Shown here: positions 28,430 through 38,372 of the stretch, piece by piece | How the letters are laid out: the number at the start of each line of letters is the position of its first letter | Position numbering within the stretch: the stretch's first letter is position 1 | Source: Candidatus Daviesbacteria bacterium | Lineage (GTDB): Bacteria > Patescibacteriota > Microgenomatia > Daviesbacterales > UBA10151 | Assembly: GCA_016187025.1 (NCBI GenBank) | Contig: JACPKM010000001.1 | Coordinates: 107,188 to 171,187 of the forward strand | DNA length: 64,000 nt | Reading direction: 5' to 3' | Notes under the pieces: generated by a model | What the model saw: the letters and a program-made list of their open reading frames with translations, nothing else | What the model was told of the DNA's origin: nothing | Database searches by the model: none | Translations under genes and position numbers: made by a program

Positions 28430-29971
28430 ATGGATGAGAATATATTACAAGAAGATATTGGGTCGGTTGTAGCAGATGAGTTCTCCCCTACTTTTGATTG
28501 CTTCAGAATAAAAGCGGATGCTAACAAGTATGTTTACCCAGGCACACTTGTTGCAACTCCCATTGATAAAAATCACTTCTTGATAGGTCGCATCAAATCA
28601 TCGTTGGAAGTAAATCCTCATGAAAGCGCTTCTCGTGCAAAAGTTAGAGAGGCATTGGATATCGAGCCAGATTATCCAGAAGAGAAACTTTCGACGAACA
28701 TATACCGTGTGTACGAGGCTGATGTTATTGAAGAAGGAATACTATCCAAAGAAGGTGAAGCAATAAAAATGGAGGTATCTGAACCTTCTGATATGCCAAA
28801 AGCGGGAGCTAGAGTATTTATCCCTACAGAAGAAGTTGTTGCGAATGCAATGGGGTTTTTGAGAGAAGAAGACAAGGCGTTAGTGTTAGGAAGAACAAAA
28901 ATAACCAATGGCGATGAAGATCAAGAAAATCCTAAGAATAACGTTCTCTTAAAACCATCACTAATTCAGAGGCATGTATTTGTTGGTGGCACAACTGGAA
29001 GTGGCAAATCATACGCCACAGGGGTAATTCTTGAAGAAGTTAATAAGTTTAAAATTCCTATAATAATTCTTGATTCGCAGAATGAATATATTGGACTAGC
29101 AGAAGGACTTGGAGGAGTTGTACTCAAGCCTGGAGATGATTATAAGGTCAGACTATCGTCTCTCACTGAAGGAGAAATCCTTGGGCTAGTCCCGACATTA
29201 CCTGAGGTAGGTCGTAATCTATTAGCCTTTACTTTTCTACAGTTAAAAAGAGAGATTATTCGTGGAGAAAGAGGAGGTTTTGGTTTGGACGACATTTTAA
29301 TTGAAATGTCTAATAATGCCCCCTCTCTTCAGGTAAACACAAATAGCCTTCAGATAGCATTACAACGAACTCGTTCCTCACTTGAAAGACATAGATTTTT
29401 AGGTGATGAGACTAACTGGAAAGATTTACTCAGAGATCAACCTGTTGTAAATATCGACTGTGGCGATTTGGATCAACACCAACTACAGCTTGTCATAGGC
29501 GCAACACTCCGAGAACTACAACATTTAAGAAAAAGTGTTGAGATTCCTCCGTATGTTGCAGTTCTAGATGAGGCACATTTACTTGTTCCCGAAGGTGAAG
29601 ATAGTCCTTGTAAACAGGTTATACGAGAAGGAGTAAGGATTGGCAGACATTATGGAATCTGTATGTTTTTAATTACTCAAAGCCCAGTTGATATCGATAA
29701 GAAAACAATTCGGCAATGTAATACTCGATTCATTTTTGCACTGGAGCCAGACCAACTCGAGTCGATTAAGGGCGTACGCGCAGATGCTACAGAAGATATG
29801 TTACAGCGCTTACCTAAAATGCCAGTTGGTACCTGCATATTATCTGGAACTTATGAGACTGTTAAGCATGCAATCCCCATAAAAATTCGCAAGAGGAATA
29901 TTGAATCAGGTGGTAAAACCCCCGATATATTTACAGAAATGACTGAGAAATGGATAAACAAGAAGAAATAA
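28430..29971 (+). CDS. herA: HerA-family ATPase (HAS barrel plus DUF87)
   Basis: RHVFVGGTTGSGKS, LDEAH, GRHYG and ITQSP motifs. Confidence 0.9.
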   Translation: MDENILQEDIGSVVADEFSPTFDCFRIKADANKYVYPGTLVATPIDKNHFLIGRIKSSLEVNPHESASRAKVREALDIEPDYPEEKLSTNIYRVYEADVIEEGILSKEGEAIKMEVSEPSDMPKAGARVFIPTEEVVANAMGFLREEDKALVLGRTKITNGDEDQENPKNNVLLKPSLIQRHVFVGGTTGSGKSYATGVILEEVNKFKIPIIILDSQNEYIGLAEGLGGVVLKPGDDYKVRLSSLTEGEILGLVPTLPEVGRNLLAFTFLQLKREIIRGERGGFGLDDILIEMSNNAPSLQVNTNSLQIALQRTRSSLERHRFLGDETNWKDLLRDQPVVNIDCGDLDQHQLQLVIGATLRELQHLRKSVEIPPYVAVLDEAHLLVPEGEDSPCKQVIREGVRIGRHYGICMFLITQSPVDIDKKTIRQCNTRFIFALEPDQLESIKGVRADATEDMLQRLPKMPVGTCILSGTYETVKHAIPIKIRKRNIESGGKTPDIFTEMTEKWINKKK

Positions 29972-31554
29972 ATGGCGAATCATTATCTTTTGAGGAAACT
30001 CTATCTAGACTCGAAGCAGAGCGTAGAATTGATCCAATTATTGTCCAAACTGCAGACTACCTCTTAGCGGCTAGTATACTAAGTGGCGAAAAAGAACTCC
30101 TAAAACAAGCACGAGAAGCCCTCATGAAGGAAGATCCTCGAGAGCTATTCTTAAAGTTTATACAAGAGTGCATAAAAGATTTACAGACAGCCCCTAGAGC
30201 AGAGCGCTTTAAATATGCAACTTACTTGAATGATGTGGCAATTATGGGATTGGGTATTTGGCAAGAAGATATTGGTTTAACGGCAACAGGACAAGATGCT
30301 TTGAAATTTACTAGAGAGCCTAATTGGGAAAAGATAAAAGCACACATCAGTGAAGTAGTTTTTGGAGACTATTTTATTGAACAAGTATCAGTTCCAGTTG
30401 ATACCCAAATATGGGGAACCGAATTCCCTTTAAGAATGAGCGCCTGCGATGCCAGTCAACACAGATTTAAACTCAAAGCTCCTTTTAATAAAGCTTTCGC
30501 ATCACCCGTTGTCGTTAATAATGCAGGAGGAACTATTAAGACAAACGAAGTGGAGAAGCGCTGGACGCCAATCGCGGTACCTAAAAATACTGGAGATTAT
30601 GAGGATTGGGTAATTCTTGGTCCTCATGACTACGCCTACATGGAGGACGGAGACTATGAATGGGCAGTTAAATCGTCAATGGATGTAGGTGAATTTTTTG
30701 TAGAGGAGACATTTATTTTTAAACATGGTGGCCTTGCTAAAAAGCCAGATGTCCATTTTAGAGACGGTAGAATATACCCTCAGGATAAGCTCATGAATTG
30801 TAAAATCCAAAATAGGCATGGAGAACTCACACGGCAAGCATTATATAGGATGGTTACAACCTGTAAGACTGCAAATGATTTAAAAATTCTTTACTGCGGT
30901 GTGGCAAAACAGGTAGAGCTTAAAATATTTAGCACAATTATTGATTGGTATATTACCAAAGTGATTGGAAACACTCACTGGAACCCTACAGGAAAAGCCA
31001 TTACTGACTCAGAAATGATTCGATATATGCTGAACTGTGAAGATTTTAGCGCAAGAACATTTAATAAAATCTATGTTACATGCCAGGTTATGAGAAAATT
31101 TGAAGCAGCTTCTAATCTCAATAGAAGAACAAGACAACAAGCTCGCAACGATCTTGATAGTTTAAATCGTGTTCACCATAGTAGAGATATTACAGCAAGG
31201 GATATCGTAGAAGAAGCTTTAAAAGTAAATGTTGTTATGTTTTTTGCCGGACATTCCACAAACGATGAACTTTATATTCCCCGATATGAGTTTGTTATGC
31301 TACCCTTCATGAAGGTAGCGGAAATGAAGAATTATGTACTAAAGGTGTTATCTGCTTTAAGACTCGCTTCTTTTGATGTTGACGAAGACCATTTGCGAGG
31401 TCTTGACGAACCAATCACTACTCTTGTCCCAACCCCTCTTCTCGTTGCCCACGATATAAGCAAAAAAATGGGTGAAGAGTTAGCAGCAAATTTTGCGCAA
31501 AGAACAACAGCAGAATTGATATTGCGTATGAGACAAAAAAAAGATATCGTATAA
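29950..31554 (+). CDS. NurA-like RNase H-fold nuclease with N-terminal helical extension
   Basis: ACDASQ, FRDGR, GVAK and LLVAHDISK match the order of NurA motifs; overlaps herA. Confidence 0.7.
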   Translation: MDKQEEINGESLSFEETLSRLEAERRIDPIIVQTADYLLAASILSGEKELLKQAREALMKEDPRELFLKFIQECIKDLQTAPRAERFKYATYLNDVAIMGLGIWQEDIGLTATGQDALKFTREPNWEKIKAHISEVVFGDYFIEQVSVPVDTQIWGTEFPLRMSACDASQHRFKLKAPFNKAFASPVVVNNAGGTIKTNEVEKRWTPIAVPKNTGDYEDWVILGPHDYAYMEDGDYEWAVKSSMDVGEFFVEETFIFKHGGLAKKPDVHFRDGRIYPQDKLMNCKIQNRHGELTRQALYRMVTTCKTANDLKILYCGVAKQVELKIFSTIIDWYITKVIGNTHWNPTGKAITDSEMIRYMLNCEDFSARTFNKIYVTCQVMRKFEAASNLNRRTRQQARNDLDSLNRVHHSRDITARDIVEEALKVNVVMFFAGHSTNDELYIPRYEFVMLPFMKVAEMKNYVLKVLSALRLASFDVDEDHLRGLDEPITTLVPTPLLVAHDISKKMGEELAANFAQRTTAELILRMRQKKDIV

Positions 31555-31556
31555 GT

Positions 31557-32612
31557 ATGGGCGATTTTGCCAATTCTGGATTCCGATATCCTTCAACCCG
31601 TTATACTGGTAGTAAGCGTAGATTCCTAGAGTGGATCAAAGAAAATTCCGATACTATCAAATTTGATACCGTTTTGGATTTGTTTGGAGGAACTGCAAGC
31701 GTAAGCCTACTGTTTAAAAGATATGGAAAACAAGTTTCTTATAACGACTTTTTGGCCTCAAATCAAATAGTTGCTAAGGCAATTGTAGAAAATGATGGCA
31801 TTACTATTTCAGATAAAGACCTAGCGTCGGTATTTTCGAAAACCCAGAAAAGATATCCTAATTTTATTCAAAACACCTATAAAAATGTTTTTTTTCTGGA
31901 TGAGGAGAATGCATGGCTCGATCAAGCAATCACTAATATTAACAAGATCGACAATGAGTATAAAAGAGCTATCCTTATGGCAAGCCTGTTCCAGGCCTGT
32001 CTAGCAAAACGTCCATTCAATCTTTTTCATAGAGCCAATCTATATATACGCACTAACGACGTAAAACGGACTTTTTGTAATAAAACAACCTGGGAAAGAT
32101 CATTTGAGGAGTTGGTAAGCAGATATGTTAAGGAATACAACAATGCAGTATTCTCAAATAAAAGAAATAACAGAGTAATTGGTGGTTATAACGCAGCGAA
32201 ATCTCCAAACGGCGTTGACTTAGTTTATATGGACCCTCCCTATTTCTCTGAACACATGACTCAAGGGACTAACTATCTAGCCTATTATCATTTTCTAGAA
32301 GGTTTAGCAGATTACAAAAACTGGAAAAACCGCTTAGGTAAAGATACAGGGAAAGTAAAAAGAATGGAAGACTCAGAAGAAGTTTATAGCTTTACTAGAA
32401 AGGATAGGGTCTTAGAAACATTTGAAAAACTTATAAAGAGATTTCAGCATACACAGCTTATTATCTCTTATCAAAGCAATGGAATCCCTTCAAAAGAACA
32501 AATCATTGAGATGTTGCACAATGGAGGCAAAAAGGTGAAGGTTTATGAAAAACCACATAAGTATGCCTTAAGTAGAAGACAAACTAACGAATTATTATTT
32601 GTTGCAACTTAA
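31557..32612 (+). CDS. D12-class N6-adenine DNA methyltransferase
   Basis: RYTGSK, DLFGGTASVS and YMDPPY motifs. Confidence 0.9.
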   Translation: MGDFANSGFRYPSTRYTGSKRRFLEWIKENSDTIKFDTVLDLFGGTASVSLLFKRYGKQVSYNDFLASNQIVAKAIVENDGITISDKDLASVFSKTQKRYPNFIQNTYKNVFFLDEENAWLDQAITNINKIDNEYKRAILMASLFQACLAKRPFNLFHRANLYIRTNDVKRTFCNKTTWERSFEELVSRYVKEYNNAVFSNKRNNRVIGGYNAAKSPNGVDLVYMDPPYFSEHMTQGTNYLAYYHFLEGLADYKNWKNRLGKDTGKVKRMEDSEEVYSFTRKDRVLETFEKLIKRFQHTQLIISYQSNGIPSKEQIIEMLHNGGKKVKVYEKPHKYALSRRQTNELLFVAT

Positions 32613-32684
32613 CTGGTTGACACCAAGAACCCTTATAAATATACGGAAATTTTATTTTCCTCCCAAGATGTTTTTCAACAGGTA

Positions 32685-32885
32685 TTGGAGATAGGCTTAA
32701 GCAGGGATAGAAGAATCCTTATACCAATACTTGATTATATCGGTGAACATGCCCCATTAACACGCGAACAGATTAGAGTAATTATAAAAGAACTCAACTT
32801 GATACTCTCTGTTAGGAATATTGCCGTGCTTAACTTTGATGAGATAAAGGCGCTGCTTGAAGAAATAGACTCCCCGGCTTCTTAA
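32685..32885 (+). pseudogene. Probable gene fragment
   Basis: Short frame open from the MTase stop, no clear start. Confidence 0.3.
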
Positions 32886-32928
32886 ACAAACTGTGCATAG
32901 GATGATTTAAGCATCAAATAATCTAAGT

Positions 32929-33336
32929 ATGTATTTTAACAAAACAATTTTAATTCTTGAGGATAATTTAAAAGTATTATCTAAACTGCTAGATAAACTA
33001 TACACACTTGAAGGCAGTCAACCGAATGAATTAAGTCTAATTGTTCTAACTAACGGCCAACAGGTTCAGGATTATATAAACAGTAATCCTAAAGCAGAGT
33101 TTGATATCGCACTTCTGGATTTTGATGATAAATTAGGCCGCTCATTTCATGCGTTAGAGATTGAAAAGTTTGGAGCAGAAAAGATTATCGGCATATCAAG
33201 TGTGCCTAAATGGAATTATGAGGCTCAAAAAAGGGGTGTTACAAGGATAATTTTAAAGGATTATGCAAAGATGGATGAATTTGCGGATTTGGTAGTAAAG
33301 GAAATAAGTGAGATGATTAGAGAGCTTCCGGATTAA
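32929..33336 (+). CDS. Single-domain receiver (CheY-like) protein
   Basis: ILILEDN, DIALLD and IIGISS motifs. Confidence 0.7.
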   Translation: MYFNKTILILEDNLKVLSKLLDKLYTLEGSQPNELSLIVLTNGQQVQDYINSNPKAEFDIALLDFDDKLGRSFHALEIEKFGAEKIIGISSVPKWNYEAQKRGVTRIILKDYAKMDEFADLVVKEISEMIRELPD

Positions 33337-33400
33337 ATTACTATATAGGTTAGTTACTCAAAAGTATGTATTTAGCTTGTTCTGGTGAACCATACTGACT

Positions 33401-34165
33401 CTACTTGACGAATGATTGTTCAATAAAATAATTAATGCTCACAGCATATTCAGTTACCATTCTTGTGTCAAGAGTACGATAGTTATATTTTTCATTATCT
33501 TTTAATCGTTTTCTAAAATGCTCTTCATAGAATTTAGAAAAATCTACAAACTTCAAATACACCTCCCCGATTGTTTTTGCTAACGATTGAACCTCTTCTT
33601 CAACTTTATTACCGCGCATACGCTTTATCATAACCTGTCCTGAATTTTTCATTTCTGCATAAGCCCAAAAGTGCCTATGAAGAGAATCATCTCTTGTATC
33701 TCGCAGATGAGTAAACCATGACATATTATCTTTGAGATATGTTGCGTAAACGCTATCAAACCCTGGACGCTTATTAATAAACCAATCTATATGATCATTA
33801 AAAGAGTTTCTGGGAATAATACCATTCCTTTTATAAAACAGGGGTGTCAAATATGTTATTAGATCCATAATCATTCTAATCCAAACAAAAAAAGATTCAA
33901 AATCTATAGGCAAATAGATAAAATTCAGTGTGTAACTCTCTGTTGGTAAAATGTTTACCCCACTATCAACTCTAATTCTGTGCATAATTAGATGAAGATT
34001 AGAAATCCTCCTATCAATAGCAGTAGTCCCTTTGTGAGCTTGACCATAAGGAGTTTTTTGGTCAATTATTCCAGAGAAATGTTTAAAATCCTCTTTTGAA
34101 GATAGATAACCAGTTAGGTTAGGAAATATACTTTGAAAAGGAATGTACATTGGTCTAAGCTCCAT
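33401..34165 (-). CDS. Hypothetical protein, HEPN-like (Cthe_2314-type)
   Basis: FESFF..MD and LRDTRDDSLHR (RxxxxH) motifs. Confidence 0.6.
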   Translation of the reverse strand: MELRPMYIPFQSIFPNLTGYLSSKEDFKHFSGIIDQKTPYGQAHKGTTAIDRRISNLHLIMHRIRVDSGVNILPTESYTLNFIYLPIDFESFFVWIRMIMDLITYLTPLFYKRNGIIPRNSFNDHIDWFINKRPGFDSVYATYLKDNMSWFTHLRDTRDDSLHRHFWAYAEMKNSGQVMIKRMRGNKVEEEVQSLAKTIGEVYLKFVDFSKFYEEHFRKRLKDNEKYNYRTLDTRMVTEYAVSINYFIEQSFVK

Positions 34166-34179
34166 ATTTGTAAAATATG

Positions 34180-34683
34180 TTAGGAAGATCGCAAATAGGA
34201 ATACTTTTCAGCAAGCCTGAGAGTGTTTAAACGAACCCACAAAGCCTGCTTGCTGACTAAATACTTCCCAAGAAGCTGACTTTCGTCTATCCTATTTAAT
34301 GCTAAGTCGTTTTCCAGAAAATCTTTTGGCATCAATAATTCTGCTGCAAAAGAGTCCGCTTCCCTCTCCTGCTGAAAATGGTGATCATAGAATATTGTCT
34401 CATCCTCTATAAATGCGTTTTCAAAATGAGCGTGTCCGTTGATAAAATGGCCTAGTTCGTGACCAATGGTATAGCGTTGTAAAGTTACAGGATGCTTTTC
34501 ATTTACACCAATTGCTTTAACTCCGTTCTCAATTAAAACCATTCCTTTTCTCTTTTCAGGGAATGGGAAAGGTATAATCGTAAAACCTAGTATTTTAGCA
34601 ATCTTTTCTACATCAACAGGTGCTTCTAAAATACGAGCGGACTTAAGGAGGGTTTGAGCCTGAATTCTGTTAGAGCTACTCAT
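34180..34683 (-). CDS. ImmA/IrrE-family metallopeptidase
   Basis: RYTIGHELGH and EREADSFAAELLMP motifs. Confidence 0.92.
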   Translation of the reverse strand: MSSSNRIQAQTLLKSARILEAPVDVEKIAKILGFTIIPFPFPEKRKGMVLIENGVKAIGVNEKHPVTLQRYTIGHELGHFINGHAHFENAFIEDETIFYDHHFQQEREADSFAAELLMPKDFLENDLALNRIDESQLLGKYLVSKQALWVRLNTLRLAEKYSYLRSS

Positions 34684-35029
34684 TAGATTTATCTTTTGCA
34701 AGCTCTCTTGCCAGTTTTATAAAATCATCTGAAACTTTATCTGCATACTTTTTTTCCTTTGGAGTTATATCCTTCGCATCTCTGCTTTGAACAAAAGAGG
34801 GGTGGGCTACGGAATTTCTTTCCTCAATGCTTAAAAATTCGGTTACCGGCACATCCAAAAAGTTCGCTATAACATAAAGATCCCTAACAGTCACATCTGT
34901 TTTTCCTCTTTCTATATCAGATATAGTTGCATGGGTTCTACTAAGTGCGACACCTAAAGCCTCCTGTGATTTCCCTCTTTCAATCCTTAGTTGACGGATT
35001 TTTGCTCCTAATTCTTCTTTTGTAATCAT
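34676..35029 (-). CDS. XRE repressor (ImmR-like)
   Basis: XRE HTH plus C-terminal tail; overlaps the peptidase gene. Confidence 0.88.
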   Translation of the reverse strand: MITKEELGAKIRQLRIERGKSQEALGVALSRTHATISDIERGKTDVTVRDLYVIANFLDVPVTEFLSIEERNSVAHPSFVQSRDAKDITPKEKKYADKVSDDFIKLARELAKDKSNE

Positions 35030-35045
35030 TGTTTAGCTTTAAATA

Positions 35046-35146
35046 TTGTAACACATACTTACAAGTAATCAACTGTTGTAAGTTTTATTGACAAATATCT
35101 GAATCTATTGTAAGCTATACTTAAACTATTACAGTTATTCTTACAA
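35046..35146. promoter_or_regulatory. Divergent promoter with four TTGTAAG-N5-CTTACAA-like operators
   Basis: Copies at about 35046, 35076, 35108 and 35128, overlapping TTGACA (35088) and TAAGCT (35111). Confidence 0.6.
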
Positions 35147-35179
35147 TACAACTTAGAAATCTGAAAGGGGGTGATTAAA

Positions 35180-35305
35180 TTGGCAGCAAAAACAAGGACA
35201 GAAGGTAGAAACGCAAAAAACGGCAGATTTGTTAAGGATAGCTACGTAAAGCAACATCCTAACACTACAGTGCTTGAGCGGATCAAAAACCCTAATAAAG
35301 GTTAA
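35180..35305 (+). CDS. 41-aa basic peptide (not in track)
   Basis: GGGGGTGA RBS, TTG start, MAAKTRTEGRNAKNGRFVKDSYVKQHPNTTVLERIKNPNKG, followed by a hairpin. Confidence 0.7.
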   Translation: MAAKTRTEGRNAKNGRFVKDSYVKQHPNTTVLERIKNPNKG

Positions 35306-35312
35306 GGATAAA

Positions 35313-35342
35313 AGAGGAAGGGAGCCACAATTCCCTTCCTCT
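35313..35342. terminator. Hairpin terminator between convergent genes
   Basis: AGAGGAAGGGA-N8-TCCCTTCCTCT. Confidence 0.7.
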
Positions 35343-35361
35343 ATTCTTTCATTACTTACCA

Positions 35362-35571
35362 TTAAAAGTCAAACAATTGAAGAATCTTTACATCTAAAGC
35401 GTTAGCAATCTTCCATATGGTTTTTAACATTGGATCTCTATTACCATTCTCCAGCTCATTAATGGTAGTAAGATCCAACTTTGACTTTTGAGCCAAGGCA
35501 AGTTGAGACATCTTTCTCTGCTCTCGTAGCTTCTTAACCCTTTGTCCAAATCTCTCATTAACTGTAGCCAT
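35362..35571 (-). CDS. XRE-family regulator
   Basis: Homolog of 21888..22100. Confidence 0.88.
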   Translation of the reverse strand: MATVNERFGQRVKKLREQRKMSQLALAQKSKLDLTTINELENGNRDPMLKTIWKIANALDVKILQLFDF

Positions 35572-35680
35572 ATATTAAAAAAGTATGGCGCAGATGCCAT
35601 ACTTGCGATATGGCGAGGATGCCAAATTTGGTGCTTGTCCTCTAGCTAAAAATTACATAAAATAGCATTGTAGTATTTCT

Positions 35681-36391
35681 ATGCGTACTTGGTATAAAAA
35701 ATCAATTGTTATTATTGGTTCAATTATTCTTTTCTTCCCTGTGGGATTATTTCTAATGTGGAAATATGCAGGATGGAATAAAAAGGTTAAGTGGGCAATT
35801 ACCTCTTTATTTGCCTTTGTAATCCTAATAAGCTTAATTCCAAGTAAACAGGCTATTGTCCCAACAACCGCCACTCCACCCCCTACACAAAACCCCTCTC
35901 CTAAGCCTACTCTTAAACCCCTATCTTCCCCTGTTCCTGCAGTTAAACCAGCAAATGAAGCTGTTTCTTCAACATTAGAGAAGATAGAAAAACTTGTAGC
36001 TGAAAAATATCCTAACTTTGAAGTAACAATTTGGAACAAGGACTCGGAATTAGCCACTGAGGGTGAAATTCCATACGAAGTTATTCTTAATGGTTCATTT
36101 AATGAAACTGCGTCCAGCTGCGATGCTGCAAAGAAGGCTTCCTACTACATGTTAGAAACTTTCTATAAGGATAATGAGATAAGACCTATTCTAAGCCGGG
36201 TATTAATTACCTTCCCTTATTACTTAAGAGTCAGTTTAGGCGCAAGTGATGGGGTGTCTATGGCAGAAGGTAGTGGCTTTTCTGGTCCAACTAATTTCTG
36301 GAAAGTTGTTGAAAGTGCGGGAATGGGTGAGAACGAGCAGGGAGAGATGGAAGCTCGTAGCTGGGCAGTCTATCTGACCCGGTGTAAATAG
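35681..36391 (+). CDS. Membrane-anchored hypothetical protein with Pro/Thr linker
   Basis: LFFPVGLFLMWKY TM motif. Confidence 0.75.
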   Translation: MRTWYKKSIVIIGSIILFFPVGLFLMWKYAGWNKKVKWAITSLFAFVILISLIPSKQAIVPTTATPPPTQNPSPKPTLKPLSSPVPAVKPANEAVSSTLEKIEKLVAEKYPNFEVTIWNKDSELATEGEIPYEVILNGSFNETASSCDAAKKASYYMLETFYKDNEIRPILSRVLITFPYYLRVSLGASDGVSMAEGSGFSGPTNFWKVVESAGMGENEQGEMEARSWAVYLTRCK

Positions 36392-36433
36392 GCTCTCACA
36401 CCTTATTTCTATTTATTAATAATCTATTACCAT

Positions 36434-36774
36434 AATCAATTATCACAGGGCTAAAAACCACCCTTAAGACGGTGAGATTGGTGATTGACCACAGATTGAG
36501 GTGTCTCAAAAACTAGTGGCATATTTGTGGCTAAAATGCCACAGTAGGAGGGAGTTTTTGAGACAGTTTTGACAAATCCAGGGGGAATGATGGCTCAAGT
36601 AGGTTAAAAAGATTCCATAATGCACTATAGAATCTTTTTAATAAACCAATCTTCTCGTATTTATTTCAATTTTATTTAAAGCTATTAAAAATCTCTGATG
36701 GTCATAAAGTTCTCCCTAAAATTAGGGCATATTTTGAGGCTAAAAACACTAAAAGAAGGGGGATATTTGGGAGA
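36434..36774. repeat. Three imperfect hairpins with a GGCTAAAA motif
   Basis: GGCTAAAA at 36449, 36529 and 36738, each inside an inverted repeat. Confidence 0.55.
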
Positions 36775-36835
36775 GGTGTTGTGCCTGAAGCATATATTTG
36801 TTAACTCTCTCCCAGGTCTCTATAATCGCTCTTAG

Positions 36836-37681
36836 ATGAAGATTGAGAAAAAATATAGGTTTATTGATATCCAGGGAAGTGATTTTGGCAAACTAACCGA
36901 TATTGCCTATCTTGTTGATAATTTATATTTTCTAGATAAAGTTGAGGAAATAAGAGAAAAACTCGGTCTGACTTTTGAGTACCCCCTGTCCAAAACAGAT
37001 GAGGAAAAGATTGACAAGATGTTTGAATACAAAAATAAAGAGCTAAATGAAAACCTTTCTAAAGAAGCTGAAAGAATTAGAAAACTTTTTAAAATGCCGC
37101 CCCATTTTAGAGAAGTCATACAGATTGCAATTATTTATGGAAAAATTAATGACTTTAATTACTCAAAAGCATACTTGGAAAAACAAGAAATTACACCTAC
37201 TAATGATCCTAACGAAGTACCGGATATTAAATACTGCATTGTTATCCATTCAGGTACAGGAATTGAAGATATTAAGAAAGTATTTAGGAAATTTCAGGAT
37301 GAAGTAAGAATAAACTTCAAAGCATCAGAAGAAGAAAAGCACAGGTACAATTTTGGTTATTGGCTTGAATTTGGTTTGACCAGACCAATGGATCCAAAAA
37401 CCAGTATCACTGATCTCCGCCCCTTATATCATCTTAGAAGGAATGGGATGAAGCCTTTGGAAATTGCACTAAAAGATTTAAGAATATCTAAAAAACAATA
37501 TAAAGAGGCTTTAGAGGGATGTAGGCTGAATAATAAAGGCAGACTGGACAATAAAGAGAAAAGTAAAAGATATGATGAATGTGATGCTTTAATTGTAAGG
37601 GTTCAACAAAGAAGAGATAGTATTAAGTCCCTTATAAAGCGATATATTGACTTTCTTAGTGCTCCAAATTCATTATTGTAA
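36836..37681 (+). CDS. Hypothetical protein
   Basis: 281-aa ORF. Confidence 0.75.
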   Translation: MKIEKKYRFIDIQGSDFGKLTDIAYLVDNLYFLDKVEEIREKLGLTFEYPLSKTDEEKIDKMFEYKNKELNENLSKEAERIRKLFKMPPHFREVIQIAIIYGKINDFNYSKAYLEKQEITPTNDPNEVPDIKYCIVIHSGTGIEDIKKVFRKFQDEVRINFKASEEEKHRYNFGYWLEFGLTRPMDPKTSITDLRPLYHLRRNGMKPLEIALKDLRISKKQYKEALEGCRLNNKGRLDNKEKSKRYDECDALIVRVQQRRDSIKSLIKRYIDFLSAPNSLL

Positions 37682-37745
37682 ACACTTAACTCCTTCCTAT
37701 CTACAACCCATACTTTTCTAATTTCAGGATCTAAAATAAACCCAA

Positions 37746-37904
37746 ATGCTGGGAAATATTGAAAACAAATCCAAGATTGACTATCAAAAGCAGATTGAAC
37801 TTGCAGCGGAACAGCTAGCTCAAATCTTAATCCAGCAGGTCATAAGTAAAAATAACCAGATTAAAAACAAAATTAATAATAAATATGGAGAATCAAACAG
37901 ATAA
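37746..37904 (+). CDS. 52-aa small protein (not in track)
   Basis: IELAAEQLAQILIQQVISK; counterpart of 24140..24280. Confidence 0.5.
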   Translation: MLGNIENKSKIDYQKQIELAAEQLAQILIQQVISKNNQIKNKINNKYGESNR

Positions 37905-38136
37905 TTTTTCAACATCAGACATAAAAATTGCAAGCTATCTTCTAAGTAAAGGCATATCACTTATTGGGGTCGAGAGACCACAGGTCAGAAAAGTTATTTT
38001 TGTCTTCGAAAAGTCCAATTTAATCACACAATTAATCCAAGATTATTTATCAGATAAAGCAATCGTAAATCCGAGAGTTTTGTTTGAAAGTTTTGCAAAC
38101 CTGAAAAGTATTATTTTTAGAGAAATAGGGATTTAA
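37885..38136 (+). CDS. DUF5659-like small protein
   Basis: FSTSDIKIASYL..KVIFVF. Confidence 0.7.
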   Translation: MENQTDNFSTSDIKIASYLLSKGISLIGVERPQVRKVIFVFEKSNLITQLIQDYLSDKAIVNPRVLFESFANLKSIIFREIGI

Positions 38137-38150
38137 AGACAAGTAAAGAA

Positions 38151-38372
38151 TTGATAATAAATATGCATAATACCAAATTAAGCCCATTCCAAAATAAACA
38201 AATTAACAAAAACCATACAACCTTGGTGCGGATAGATGCCGAGTTGCATAGATTACTGAAAATAAAGGCAGTGGCAGAAAGAACCACTATCAGGACTCTT
38301 ATAGAAGGTGCTCTGGCAGATGTATTGGAAGTGAAATCTGATAAGAAACAGGGAGTTGAGAATAATGATTAA
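38151..38372 (+). CDS. Ribbon-helix-helix protein
   Basis: TLVRIDAELHRLLKIKA..TIRTLIE. Confidence 0.7.
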   Translation: MIINMHNTKLSPFQNKQINKNHTTLVRIDAELHRLLKIKAVAERTTIRTLIEGALADVLEVKSDKKQGVENND

